Shown: one piece after another, positions 28,914-38,838 of the stretch
Numbering within the stretch: position 1 is the first letter of the stretch
Layout: every line of letters begins with the position of its first letter
Origin: an uncultured Gammaproteobacteria bacterium
Lineage (GTDB): Bacteria; Patescibacteriota; Microgenomatia; UBA8517
NCBI GenBank assembly: GCA_964587425.1
Contig: CAZPLB010000004.1
Coordinates: 3,197-67,196 of the forward strand
Direction of reading: 5' to 3'
Length of the DNA: 64,000 nucleotides
The notes under the pieces: generated by a model
What the model saw: only the letters and a program-made list of their open reading frames with translations
Databases searched by the model: none
What the model was told of the DNA's origin: nothing
Translations under genes and position numbers: made by a program

Positions 28914-31900
28914 CTATTTTATTTCTATTTCTTTTAATGTAAGACCTTCGTCTAGGCTAATGTGGCCTAATTTTTGTATGGAAATTCTGTATTTGCCTTT
29001 TTTGGGGAAGAATTTGTAGTTGCCATCTTTATTGCTTCTTGAAATTTCAACTGTTTCTCCGCTCCCTGGTTCGATGAGACGTACTATTGCGTCTGGGACA
29101 GGTTTGCCATATTTGTCTTTCACAATACCTGTAAAGCTTGGGAAGGATATGTGAGTAGCTAGTCTTTTGATTCCGATAATAATATAAATTCCCAAAAATA
29201 TACCATTTATAATCGAAGGATTGGTGAAAAAAAGAATTATGGAAAGAACAGTTAATGGATAGAAAAGGATGGAGCTTACTCTTGAAATGATAGACAGAAA
29301 TCTTACAGATGCTGTTATAGCTTTTGTTCTTGTTTTTTTAAGGACTTTTACAATGGCATCAACTGGGATTGTGAAAAATAGTGATTTAGTTTGTGATGAA
29401 ACAGAGAATACTTCCCCTTTATAAAAGTCTTGAGATTGAAGGATCGTCGGTCGTGGTTTTGTGGTTGGAAAATTATATTCGTAGTGTTTGGTCAATATTC
29501 GATAACTACCTGCTGGCAGCTTCATTCCCCCGTAGACACCATGAACGTCTGTTACCACTGTATCTACTATTGATCCGCTCTGGTCATAAATACTTAATGT
29601 TGCGAATGCAACCGGTGCGAGAGTCGAAGTGTCGTAAACAATGCCTTGTGGTTTAGTTTTTGGTAGTAGTCCAAGACTTCTGAGTAAACTTAAGATTAAA
29701 CCCCAGGAGAGGTTTGCACTAGTTAAACTTACCAAGACTATTGCGGCGTCGGCTAATGGTATCAGTCCTATAAGTATGATTGGGGTTATTATAGTGTGAA
29801 CTAATGGGGCAATTTCCTTTAATGCGGGAGCTAAAAATGTAGATATTACTGTCGAAAGAGGTGTTCCGTTTAAGAGTTGTGAAAGTGCTTCGGAAATAGA
29901 AGAAGGTTCTGATGAATTCTCGGGTTGGGGTGTTTCTTCTGTTGTTGCGGGAACTGCAGCGGCTCCAGGGTTTGGGGTGGGAGTCGGAGTTGGCGTGGGG
30001 GTTGCTGATGAGACAGAAGCGGATGGTGTGTCGATGAGAAGTACCGTATCTGCGCCAAGTACATTTGTTGAGGAGAGTCCGTTTGCTGTTACGGTTACAG
30101 TCATTGAGTTACTGGCGTCGTTTATGAGAAGTGTTTTTTCATCTGAGGAAAGTACGAAAAAGTGATCGGCTGCTTGGGAAAAGGTACTGTTGTATAGTTC
30201 TGTTCCATCTGCGAAGTAGTTGCGAAAGTAAGAATAGACAGTGTAGTTGGTGTAAGGTTGCCCTCCGCCTGATACTGTTGTGCTGCTGTAAAGATTTTGT
30301 TTATTTCCCTGTAGAGTGCCTATTGAACTGACTTGTTCTTCTGGTCCCCATCTTAAAGATACTGATGTACCAGAAGTTGCATGGCGGTAAAGCATTGTTG
30401 CCAATGCAGCTGGTTGGAGACTCTCTGGTGTAATTAGTACTGGATCACCGTTCACTTTTCCAACGTAATCTTCAGACCACCAAATGGGGAGGGTGGTTCC
30501 TAAAACTGCCTGCATCTCACTGTTTAGCCAATTGTTAAGATCTGTATATAACTTTGTTGCGGCGAAAATGTCTGAAGGGAAAGTGCCGTCGGTTATGTCT
30601 TTTGTTGTTATGTTTGAGTCAATTGCAATGAAGTCTGCTTTGTAGCTTCCGTCGGTGTTCTTATTGGCTACGAGCCAGTTTAGCCAGTCATCAACGGCAT
30701 TTAAATCTCTTTTGTCGACGGTGCCGTAACTTGCATCTGTTACTGTTGATCTTTTGATACTGCTTGGGTAGAGATATTTTGAGAAACGCACGTATGGACC
30801 ACCTATCTTTGCTTCTGGTCTAATTGCTTTTATGGCGTCATATATTGATCCATACATCCTATTGTATTTGGTTGTATTCCAACTATTGGTACTTGTGTTC
30901 CATAACCCCTTAAACTCGTTCCATACTTGGAAGTATTCGACTTTGGGAAATACTTTGTTATCTGAACCAACAGTTGATCCGTTGTATCTATTTACGATGT
31001 CTACTATCATGTCTGTAAAATTTTGTTCGTAGGCATCTAGGGGTGCTTTGTTAATTTGACCCCAATCTGTGTTGCTTCCGTTGTAGAGTCCGGGGGTCCA
31101 GAGTGAATCTACCATCCAAGTTGGGGCGCAGCAGAGAGTTATTATTGGTATGGAGCCGGTGTCTCTGATGTTTTGCATACGCCCATCTAGGGCTGACCAA
31201 TTCCAGGTGGTTGTGTCGGTGTTTGATGGGTCGTCCCAGAGGTTGTTTGCACCAAAACCAATTATGTGTTGGTTTTGGTAGATTGCCAATGAGGTTAGTA
31301 AACTTCTGGCATTTGATATTGCTGTCTGGTCTCCACTTGAGTTTAGACTGTCTTGTGTGTGGGTAACTCCAACTTTTAATTTGCTTGTAGTAAGAATTGA
31401 GTTTGGGTCGAGAGTTACGGTAAGGGTTGATGGGTTGGTGATTGTAGCTGTTCCAGAAGAAGTGAGTGAGGGATCAAAAATATCAAGGTCATCAGTTGTT
31501 ATGTTTAGATTGTCGAAGGTAAAAACGTATGGTTGGTTGGTGACTGAGGCGGAGAAATTTGTACGTAGTCCGACTGAGCCGCCGGCTTGAAAAACTGAAT
31601 CATTGTAGTCGGTATATGTGTACTGCCAAGTAATCGGTTCAGAGGTGGCTGGATCCCAGACTTTGATGTTTATTTGGGTAGGATTTGTTCCAAGAATTTG
31701 GGCTCTTACCCAGACGTAGTTTCCTGCGCTAAAAGTTATTCCTGTTGAAGTGAGAGTCCCAAGGGCTGTTTCTGTACCTCCTATTAAACTGAATGCTTGA
31801 ACGCTGATAGTGTTTGAAGTGGTGAAGCGAATTTTGCCGCGATACATGTCATTTGGGTCGATATAGCGTGCGACCCAAAATGCTTCTGCTGCTGCTCCGG

Positions 31901-33590
31901 TTGGAGTTTTATCTATCTTTACTTGGAATTTAGTGTCAATGTCTTGCTGTTTTGTGTCATGGAGGACGACTGTTCTAGATGCAGCGGTGGAAGTAGTCAT
32001 TGAGCCGGTTGAGCCATCTGTGGTGAAGTTTGCTGATGCCCCAGTGATTACTGAGTATGCTCCACCTGTATCTGCACTTCCCCAACCACTCGAAGAAGTT
32101 CTTGTGAAAGTGTCGGTTGCTATGGCTGTTCCGGTTTGGGCCGGTGCTGAAACTGTATTGACTGTTGCATCTGCGGTTGTTGCATTGAGTGAGTCAAAAG
32201 TGACAAGAATTGGAGGATTTGTGACTGTTGAATTCATTAAGGTTCTTAGTCCAAATGATCCGACTGTTTGTAAGGTTGCCTCCGAATCGGTTGCTGTGTA
32301 ATTCCAAGAAACGGGTTCAGTGTCTCCACTTGCCCACACTTTCATGTTGATTGTTGTTGGACTTGTGCCAGTTACTTGGCTTCTAACCCAAATGTAGGAG
32401 TCGGCCGAAAGTGTTATGCCCGTTGATGCCTGTGCGCCTAAGAATGTTTCAACTCCTCCTACTAATTTTTCACCCTGAAGGGTTACAGTATTGCTTGAAG
32501 TGAGACGAATTTTACCTCGATACATATTGTCGGTATTAATTTGCCGCCCTATCCAGAACACTTCGATAGTATTTCCAATGGGTATTTGGCTGATTTTAAC
32601 TTTGAACTGTACGTCTATGTCTTGTTGAGAGGTACTTTTCAACATTATTTCTCTGACTTTTCCAGCTGATGGTAAATTCATGGTTCCTTCTGTTCCATTG
32701 ACATTGAAATCTGTACTTGTTCCACTTGATATTGTGTAATCTCCACCTGTGTCGGCTGTTCCCCATGTGGCAGTTTTTGATCTGGTGAAATTGTCTGCGA
32801 CAAAAACACTACCTGTTTGTGGAACTGCAGTCGGACTGGGGGTTGGAGTGGATAGGACGTCTGTGGTTGTGACGCTAAAATCATCGAAAGTGAAAAGGAC
32901 GGGTGCGTTTGATGTGGCTGAGGGAAGATTTGTGCGGAGTCCTACAGATCCACTGGTTTGCAGACCTGCTTGGGAATCTGTGGTCGTATATGTCCATGCA
33001 CCAGGTTCTGCTGATCCATCTGCCCATACTTTCATGTTGATTGTTGTTGGGCTTGTGCCGGTTACTTGACCGTGTACGTCTAAGTAAGTGTCTGCTGAGT
33101 AGCTGAGGCCGACAACAGTAGTTTGGGACCCAAGAAATGTTTCCACTCCTGCCACTACTTTTGATGCTTGGACAGTTACCGTCCCGCTTGGGGTGAGGCG
33201 GATTTTTCCTCGGTATAGGTTGCTCGAGTCAATTTGACGGACTGTAAAGAAGACTTCTTGTGAGATTCCCGTCGCGAGTTTGCTCGTTTTTATTTTGAAG
33301 GTTAAGTCTGCCTCCGTTACAGAGAAACTGTCTATTATGGCTGCACGTGATGTTGATAGGGTTGGATTATTCATTGTCCCCTCGGTTCCATTTACATTAA
33401 AATCTGAGGGACTCCCTGTCAGTGTGTATGTGTAGCCAGAGTCTGAAGTTCCCCAACTTGAAGAGCTTGAGCGGGTAAAGGTGTCAGTTATAGTAGTTGA
33501 TGCGTAGACATTGCTGATATTGTTTTTCAGGTTTTTTACTATATTAAGACATAGCAACAAGACAACCGAAATGATTGCCAAGCGCGACAT
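28914..33590 (-). CDS. 1558-aa surface protein: three beta-sandwich repeats, GH39-like domain, PT linker, TM segments, carboxypeptidase-regulatory-like domains
   Basis: DxFTR...WGxxDxG repeats; WNWSALD, ITLCCAPTWM, YFQVWNEFKG, KIGGPY, PIWWSE; GIVYD..PV..A and GIVKD..PVPDA. Confidence 0.75.
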   Translation of the reverse strand: MSRLAIISVVLLLCLNIVKNLKNNISNVYASTTITDTFTRSSSSSWGTSDSGYTYTLTGSPSDFNVNGTEGTMNNPTLSTSRAAIIDSFSVTEADLTFKIKTSKLATGISQEVFFTVRQIDSSNLYRGKIRLTPSGTVTVQASKVVAGVETFLGSQTTVVGLSYSADTYLDVHGQVTGTSPTTINMKVWADGSAEPGAWTYTTTDSQAGLQTSGSVGLRTNLPSATSNAPVLFTFDDFSVTTTDVLSTPTPSPTAVPQTGSVFVADNFTRSKTATWGTADTGGDYTISSGTSTDFNVNGTEGTMNLPSAGKVREIMLKSTSQQDIDVQFKVKISQIPIGNTIEVFWIGRQINTDNMYRGKIRLTSSNTVTLQGEKLVGGVETFLGAQASTGITLSADSYIWVRSQVTGTSPTTINMKVWASGDTEPVSWNYTATDSEATLQTVGSFGLRTLMNSTVTNPPILVTFDSLNATTADATVNTVSAPAQTGTAIATDTFTRTSSSGWGSADTGGAYSVITGASANFTTDGSTGSMTTSTAASRTVVLHDTKQQDIDTKFQVKIDKTPTGAAAEAFWVARYIDPNDMYRGKIRFTTSNTISVQAFSLIGGTETALGTLTSTGITFSAGNYVWVRAQILGTNPTQINIKVWDPATSEPITWQYTYTDYNDSVFQAGGSVGLRTNFSASVTNQPYVFTFDNLNITTDDLDIFDPSLTSSGTATITNPSTLTVTLDPNSILTTSKLKVGVTHTQDSLNSSGDQTAISNARSLLTSLAIYQNQHIIGFGANNLWDDPSNTDTTTWNWSALDGRMQNIRDTGSIPIITLCCAPTWMVDSLWTPGLYNGSNTDWGQINKAPLDAYEQNFTDMIVDIVNRYNGSTVGSDNKVFPKVEYFQVWNEFKGLWNTSTNSWNTTKYNRMYGSIYDAIKAIRPEAKIGGPYVRFSKYLYPSSIKRSTVTDASYGTVDKRDLNAVDDWLNWLVANKNTDGSYKADFIAIDSNITTKDITDGTFPSDIFAATKLYTDLNNWLNSEMQAVLGTTLPIWWSEDYVGKVNGDPVLITPESLQPAALATMLYRHATSGTSVSLRWGPEEQVSSIGTLQGNKQNLYSSTTVSGGGQPYTNYTVYSYFRNYFADGTELYNSTFSQAADHFFVLSSDEKTLLINDASNSMTVTVTANGLSSTNVLGADTVLLIDTPSASVSSATPTPTPTPTPNPGAAAVPATTEETPQPENSSEPSSISEALSQLLNGTPLSTVISTFLAPALKEIAPLVHTIITPIILIGLIPLADAAIVLVSLTSANLSWGLILSLLRSLGLLPKTKPQGIVYDTSTLAPVAFATLSIYDQSGSIVDTVVTDVHGVYGGMKLPAGSYRILTKHYEYNFPTTKPRPTILQSQDFYKGEVFSVSSQTKSLFFTIPVDAIVKVLKKTRTKAITASVRFLSIISRVSSILFYPLTVLSIILFFTNPSIINGIFLGIYIIIGIKRLATHISFPSFTGIVKDKYGKPVPDAIVRLIEPGSGETVEISRSNKDGNYKFFPKKGKYRISIQKLGHISLDEGLTLKEIEIK

Positions 33591-33659
33591 GTTTATTTTT
33601 AGTTTTATTTTTCTTTTTGGCAGTTAGTTTTATTATAACAATTGGAGACTAAATTGTTT

Positions 33660-34223
33660 TTACTGAATTTCTTTCAAGAACTCTTTCAATTTTTTTTCAC
33701 TTCTGTACTGTTGACCGATTGATACAAATAATCTATTTGTATCTGGCCAGTATTTTTTGGGGAGAATCTTTGTCAATTCTTTTTCGGTTTCTGAAGGTTT
33801 TTTTGTTTTTACCCAACCTAGTAAATTCGTAATTCTATGAACATGGGTATCTACTGCAATTGCAGGAATACTGAAGGCTCTATTTAAGACTAAATTTGCA
33901 GTTTTCCTACCAACTCCTGGGAGGCTTTCTAGTTCTTCTCTTGAAGATGGGACTTTGGTAATCGTTGAAGCGAGTTCTTTTAAGTGTTTCGCTTTTGTTT
34001 TATAGAAGCCAACTGGGTGAACTAACTTTTCTATTTCTTTTTGACTCAACTTACTTAATGAATTTAGGTTTGGAGCAACCTTAAATAATTCTTTTGAAAC
34101 TTTGAGAGTGGTTTCATCACGAGTTCTTGCCGAGAGAACTGTTGAGATTAGAGTTTTGTATGGATTTCTTCCAAAGACCTCAAGAGGCACTAACTTGTAA
34201 TGCCTCTCAAAGGTTTTAAACAC
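33660..34223 (-). CDS. nth: Endonuclease III (HhH-GPD) lacking the Fe-S cluster loop
   Basis: LISTVLSART.D, GFYKTKAK, LPGVGRKTANLVL, AVDTHVHRI; no cysteines. Confidence 0.9.
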   Translation of the reverse strand: MFKTFERHYKLVPLEVFGRNPYKTLISTVLSARTRDETTLKVSKELFKVAPNLNSLSKLSQKEIEKLVHPVGFYKTKAKHLKELASTITKVPSSREELESLPGVGRKTANLVLNRAFSIPAIAVDTHVHRITNLLGWVKTKKPSETEKELTKILPKKYWPDTNRLFVSIGQQYRSEKKLKEFLKEIQ

Positions 34224-34243
34224 TTTGTTAAAGTTGTAGGTTT

Positions 34244-34381
34244 TTATTTTCCTCCAATCTTAAACATCGTTGTGCCACAAACTTCGCAAATAGCTTTTGT
34301 AGCTTTTTTGCCGTTTTTCATTGTGACTTCTTGGTGATCTTTTCCTTCTCTTTTAGTTCTACATTTTACGCAGTACATCAT
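34244..34381 (-). CDS. Small zinc-ribbon protein, DUF5679-like (not in ORF track)
   Basis: Manual translation MMYCVKCRTKREGKDHQEVTMKNGKKATKAICEVCGTTMFKIGGK*; strong SD GGAGGTGA; TGcTATACT upstream. Confidence 0.85.
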   Translation of the reverse strand: MMYCVKCRTKREGKDHQEVTMKNGKKATKAICEVCGTTMFKIGGK

Positions 34382-34528
34382 AATTAATCACCTCCTTTTT
34401 GAGTCGAGCTCAGTATAGCACTGACCCCACGCACGATTAGGCATGGCGTACCTTAAACATATGATTTAGTCCGAAATATTGGCTTACCTAGCCTCGAGGG
34501 TTGCCTATTGACACCCATGATTTTTTTC

Positions 34529-34557
34529 TTGACATAGCGCTTGAAAAGAAATATTCT
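34529..34557 (+). promoter_or_regulatory. Sigma70 promoter for the DUF4446-DUF3048 operon
   Basis: TTGACA-17 nt-TATTCT. Confidence 0.55.
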
Positions 34558-34582
34558 CTAAGGTAGACTCATCTGAGTTTAT

Positions 34583-35023
34583 ATGGTACTCAATGCAGTC
34601 ATAGTAATCTGGTTAGTTGTCTTAACAGTTTCGATATTGTTGTTTTTCTTGCCATATAGAAAGTTAACAAAGACAACTGGTGAGAAAGAGTTGGTAGGCG
34701 TTTTAAGGAAAGTACTTGAACAGGGGGATACAAACAAAAAAGATATAGCATCGGTTTTGTCCGAGCTAAGGGGTTTTGAGAAAGAAGGACTTACTCACTT
34801 GCAGAAAGTTGGATTTGTAAGATTTAATCCTTATACTGAAATGGGTGGAGACAATAGTTTTGCGCTTTGCATGTTGAATGGAAAGCTCGATGGGATTTTG
34901 ATTATGGGATTGCATACTCGCGAAAGTACGAGGCTTTACTCAAAAGAAGTGGAGAATGGGAAAACAAAGTATAGACTTTCCAAGGAAGAACAGTTAGCCT
35001 TAAAGAAAGCAACAAATGAATAA
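34583..35023 (+). CDS. DUF4446 family protein
   Basis: N-terminal TM; QKVGFVRFNPY.EMGGDNSF, HTRESTRLYSK, LSKEE. Confidence 0.85.
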   Translation: MVLNAVIVIWLVVLTVSILLFFLPYRKLTKTTGEKELVGVLRKVLEQGDTNKKDIASVLSELRGFEKEGLTHLQKVGFVRFNPYTEMGGDNSFALCMLNGKLDGILIMGLHTRESTRLYSKEVENGKTKYRLSKEEQLALKKATNE

Positions 35024-36260
35024 ATTAGATCAATTTTTAAAATCAGGAAATAGAAATATAGTAGTTTCATTGGTTGGGCTATTTTTGGTTGTAGCAGGAA
35101 TTACTTGGGGTGCTTTTACACTTCTTGGTAAGCAAGGAGTTGGCACTACATCAAAGTCAAATGGAACAGATAACATTGCTACAAGGCCAGGGATTGATTT
35201 AAATTTACCAAAAACAGAAGTTTGTCCTATTAATGGACTAAAGTTTACTTCAGCAGAGCGAAAAGTTTGGGAAGCGAGAAGACCGGCTGCAATAATGGTT
35301 GAGAACCATGCAGATTCAAGACCACTTGAGGGATTATCAAGGGCTGACTTTTTATATGAGGCTGTAGCGGAAGGCGGGATAACTAGATTTTTAACAATAT
35401 TTTATTGTGGAGCTGCAGCAAATGATGTAAAGATCGCTCCTGTTCGAAGTGCACGCGTCTACTTTATTAATTGGGCAAGCGAATATGGGGACAGGCCACT
35501 TTATGTTCACGTTGGAGGCGCCAACGATTTTTGTCCAACATGTTATGGAGGAGTGAAGCCGGCTGGAACAATTAATCCTAAAGTTGATGCTTTGGGTCTT
35601 CTTGAAAAAATTGGTTGGAGAGTACCAAGTGGAAATGATTTTGATGCTGCATATGATTCTGGATATCCAGTATTTTTCAGAAATCCTGAGAGATTGGGGC
35701 ATGCTATTGCAACTGAGCACACAATGACCGTTTCAACGGATGCAATGTATGAGAATGCAGAGAGCAGAGGACTAGCTGCAAAAGCCAAGAATGGAGTTAC
35801 TTGGAATAATTCATTTACAGCTTATAAATTTGTAGACGATGCAAAGCTTGGAAGCCCTAAAGCAACGGACATTTCATTCAAGTTCTGGTCAAATAAACCA
35901 GATTATAACGTGGAGTGGAAATATGACTCAGTTAACAACCAATACATGAGGTTTAATGGAGGAGAAGCCATGGTTGATTTGGCTTACAAGAATGTTCAAC
36001 TGACTGCAAAGAATGTTATTGTGATGCAGATTGATGAGCAGGGGCCGGTTGATAGCGAGGGGCACATGTTCTACCAGAATATTGGCAAGGGTGACATCTT
36101 GGTATTCCAAAATGGGAATGTAATTAAGGGGACTTGGAGCAAGGCAACAAGAACAGATAGAACGAAATTCATGGATGAAAATGGTAAAGAGATATCGCTT
36201 GTTCGAGGTGTTACCTGGGTGGAAGGAATTCCAACTGGAAATACTGTAGACTATCATTGA
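35016..36260 (+). CDS. DUF3048 (YerB-like) membrane-anchored protein
   Basis: RPAAIMVEN, GLSRAD..YE...EGGITRF, PVRSAR.YF, G.TWVE. Confidence 0.88.
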   Translation: MNKLDQFLKSGNRNIVVSLVGLFLVVAGITWGAFTLLGKQGVGTTSKSNGTDNIATRPGIDLNLPKTEVCPINGLKFTSAERKVWEARRPAAIMVENHADSRPLEGLSRADFLYEAVAEGGITRFLTIFYCGAAANDVKIAPVRSARVYFINWASEYGDRPLYVHVGGANDFCPTCYGGVKPAGTINPKVDALGLLEKIGWRVPSGNDFDAAYDSGYPVFFRNPERLGHAIATEHTMTVSTDAMYENAESRGLAAKAKNGVTWNNSFTAYKFVDDAKLGSPKATDISFKFWSNKPDYNVEWKYDSVNNQYMRFNGGEAMVDLAYKNVQLTAKNVIVMQIDEQGPVDSEGHMFYQNIGKGDILVFQNGNVIKGTWSKATRTDRTKFMDENGKEISLVRGVTWVEGIPTGNTVDYH

Positions 36261-36286
36261 TGCGCTGCCCGCCTAAAGAATAAACA

Positions 36287-36871
36287 ATGGCGGATTTGAA
36301 TGACATAATTACTTCTAAAGTAAGGATTAAGATCCTAGAGCTTTTCTTTCGTGATCCAAATGAAATGTACCACGTTCGTGGAGTAGTCAGGGAAACTGGG
36401 GAAGAGATTAATGCAGTAAGACGGGAATTAATGAAGTTGGAAGAGGGTGGGCTTGTCAGGAAAGAGGCGAGGGGAAATAGAATTTACTATTGGGTGAGGG
36501 ATGACTATTTGATGTTTGGGGATGTTATCTCAATGGTATCAAAGACTACTGGACTTGGAGCAACACTGATTGCAAACAAAGCAAAGATTGGGAAACCCTT
36601 ATACATCATGTTTTCAGGGAGGTTTGCAAAACACAAGAAAAGAAGAAAAGATGATGATGTTGATGTCTTGGTGGTTGGGGATATTACTATGCCGGAGTTG
36701 GCATCTTTGATTCGGGCGGAAGAGTCAAGGCGAAAAACTGAAATTAATTATACTGTGATGACAAGAGATGAACTGCAGTTTAGAAAACAAAGGCGTGATC
36801 CATTTTTACAGGCAATACTAGCCAATAGCCGTGTTATGATTATTGGTGATGAAGATGATTTGGTTGGTTAA
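36287..36871 (+). CDS. Winged-HTH + nucleotidyltransferase-fold protein
   Basis: SKVRIKIL..F, INAVRREL..LE..GL; C-terminal FSGRF...DVDVLVVG..EINYTVM. Confidence 0.7.
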   Translation: MADLNDIITSKVRIKILELFFRDPNEMYHVRGVVRETGEEINAVRRELMKLEEGGLVRKEARGNRIYYWVRDDYLMFGDVISMVSKTTGLGATLIANKAKIGKPLYIMFSGRFAKHKKRRKDDDVDVLVVGDITMPELASLIRAEESRRKTEINYTVMTRDELQFRKQRRDPFLQAILANSRVMIIGDEDDLVG

Positions 36872-36876
36872 ATATT

Positions 36877-37497
36877 ATGTCTGAAGTTAGTTCTGATCTA
36901 CAAAATGAAATTAGTCGAGAGTCTGCTTTGGTTTACGAGCAGCTGCATAATATTTCGCGCATTTCAGAAAGAACAAATCGTTCATTGGCAGATGTTATTG
37001 GTACCACTATTGTCGAAGTGAAAGATTGTGCGGGGATTTCTGATCTTCAAATTAGACTTAAGGTCGATAATATATTATATGAAGATAAGAATGACCCTTT
37101 ATTATTTGCGGAATCAGTGTATACGTGGGATGGAAAGGATCATCAAGTTACTTTAGATAAAGGATATATAAGGGGTGTTATTACAGCAATTTCGGAAGCC
37201 CCCGCATCTTTGACGAGTGAACTGCTTCTAGACAATGTTAGAGAAAGAGTTGCGCATGAATATTATCACGCTAGGCAGCAAGAAAAATATCCTAAAAGTG
37301 CAGCTAGATCTCACGAAGCGGCTCAAAAAGGTGGTGGTCAATATTTCCGTGACAGAGGTGAGTTGGCAGCCAACATTTTTGCTCTCAATTATGTAAAGAA
37401 TAGAAAAGATAAAAATCTATTGGGAAGGGTAGCAACTTTAATAAATAATTTCCATAGGGTTCCTGAAATTCGCAAGAGATTAGCGAAATCTATTTAG
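36877..37497 (+). CDS. Hypothetical protein with HEXXH motif
   Basis: VAHEYYHARQ...GELAAN zincin-like pattern. Confidence 0.55.
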   Translation: MSEVSSDLQNEISRESALVYEQLHNISRISERTNRSLADVIGTTIVEVKDCAGISDLQIRLKVDNILYEDKNDPLLFAESVYTWDGKDHQVTLDKGYIRGVITAISEAPASLTSELLLDNVRERVAHEYYHARQQEKYPKSAARSHEAAQKGGGQYFRDRGELAANIFALNYVKNRKDKNLLGRVATLINNFHRVPEIRKRLAKSI

Positions 37498-38833
37498 TGT
37501 ATTGTTTTATTTCTTTTAGTAAAACTTCTTTTTTGTTTTCAATTTTCTTTTCTTCAACTTCTTTAAATAATTTTTCAAGTATTTCACCTACTTTTGGTCC
37601 TGGCTTTATCTCTAGTTCTCTTATTACATCATTACCGTTTATTTTTAGATCTTTAATTGAGAATGGTTCTTTTTGAACTTCTATTAATCTAGTTTTAAAT
37701 TCTTCTAGTCTCCATGAAGTTTCTGTTGCTCCTCCACCAAGTCTATCTCCAACACGTAGCGCTAACATATCCTCAACATTTTCTTGTCCTACATTTTTGA
37801 TGAATCTTCTGATTGATGAATCTGTTTGATTTTCATTTACTGTGAACTGGTGCCATCTAACAAGTTTAATTAGTTTATCTGTTTCTTTTTTTGAAAATCT
37901 AAGTCTATCTGCAATGCGCCGCGCAATTCCCGTTCCCACTACTTCATGGTTATAGAAGGTTATTGTTTTTGTTGGGAGGATTTTAAATGTAGCTGGCTTT
38001 CCAATATCGTGAATTAGTGTTGCAAAACGAGTTATGGGATCTTTTGATTTACAAAATTTTAATGCATAAAGACAGTGTGTTCCAACATCATATATATGAT
38101 GTCTTCCTGGGGATTTTTGCTCTACTCCAAACATTTTCATTACTTCTGGCAAGATTTCTTGCATGAGTCCGGAATCTTTTAACATAACTATTCCTTCATA
38201 TGGGTTTGGTGAGGCAAGTGTTTTCATTAGTTCATCCTTTATTCTTTCCCTTGCTATGTTTGTGATTAGACTTGCGTTTGTCTTAATTGCCTCAAAGGTA
38301 TCATCGTCAATGGTGAAGCCAAGTTGGGAGGCAATTCTTACTGCTCTCATCATCCTGAGGGCATCTTCTGAAAAGCGCTCTGATGGGTTTCCCACTGCTT
38401 TAATTATTTTTCTTTTTAGGTCTTTTTGACCATTATATGGATCAATTATTTTTTCATCGTGACTCAATGCCATGGCGTTAATAGTGAAGTCACGTCTTTG
38501 CAGGTCTTCTTCTAAGGACTTGCCCCATTTGACTATACTTGGGTGGCGGCTATCTTTATAACCGCCTTCAGTTCTAAAGGTTGTTATTTCAAATGGATCA
38601 AGGTCTGACTTACTTGGGAGTCCTACTGTTCCAAACTTATTGTCGTAGAAGGCATCTTCTCCCAATACTTTTAATATTTCATCGGGTGTTGCATTGGTTG
38701 TAAAGTCCCAGTCGTCTGGAGTTTTTCCCATGACTAGGTCTCGAACTGCTCCACCTACAACATAAATTTCAAAATTTTTCTTTTCAAACTTCTTTATGAT
38801 ATCTTGTACTTCTGGTGGTATATTGAATTGCAT
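37490..38833 (-). CDS. cca: CCA tRNA nucleotidyltransferase with HD domain
   Basis: VGGAVRD..DWDF, RRDFTINA, EDALRMMRAVR, ERI..EL, HDIGKP. Confidence 0.93.
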   Translation of the reverse strand: MQFNIPPEVQDIIKKFEKKNFEIYVVGGAVRDLVMGKTPDDWDFTTNATPDEILKVLGEDAFYDNKFGTVGLPSKSDLDPFEITTFRTEGGYKDSRHPSIVKWGKSLEEDLQRRDFTINAMALSHDEKIIDPYNGQKDLKRKIIKAVGNPSERFSEDALRMMRAVRIASQLGFTIDDDTFEAIKTNASLITNIARERIKDELMKTLASPNPYEGIVMLKDSGLMQEILPEVMKMFGVEQKSPGRHHIYDVGTHCLYALKFCKSKDPITRFATLIHDIGKPATFKILPTKTITFYNHEVVGTGIARRIADRLRFSKKETDKLIKLVRWHQFTVNENQTDSSIRRFIKNVGQENVEDMLALRVGDRLGGGATETSWRLEEFKTRLIEVQKEPFSIKDLKINGNDVIRELEIKPGPKVGEILEKLFKEVEEKKIENKKEVLLKEIKQYTK

Positions 38834-38838
38834 ATATG

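Noticed and set aside
21409-33590. Diversity-generating retroelement acting on the surface proteins
   Set aside because: No reverse transcriptase and no TR/VR pair differing at adenines were seen.
34420-34530. Possible structured RNA or riboswitch in the DUF5679-DUF4446 intergenic region
   Set aside because: Only weak stems and no recognisable consensus; divergent promoters explain much of the region.
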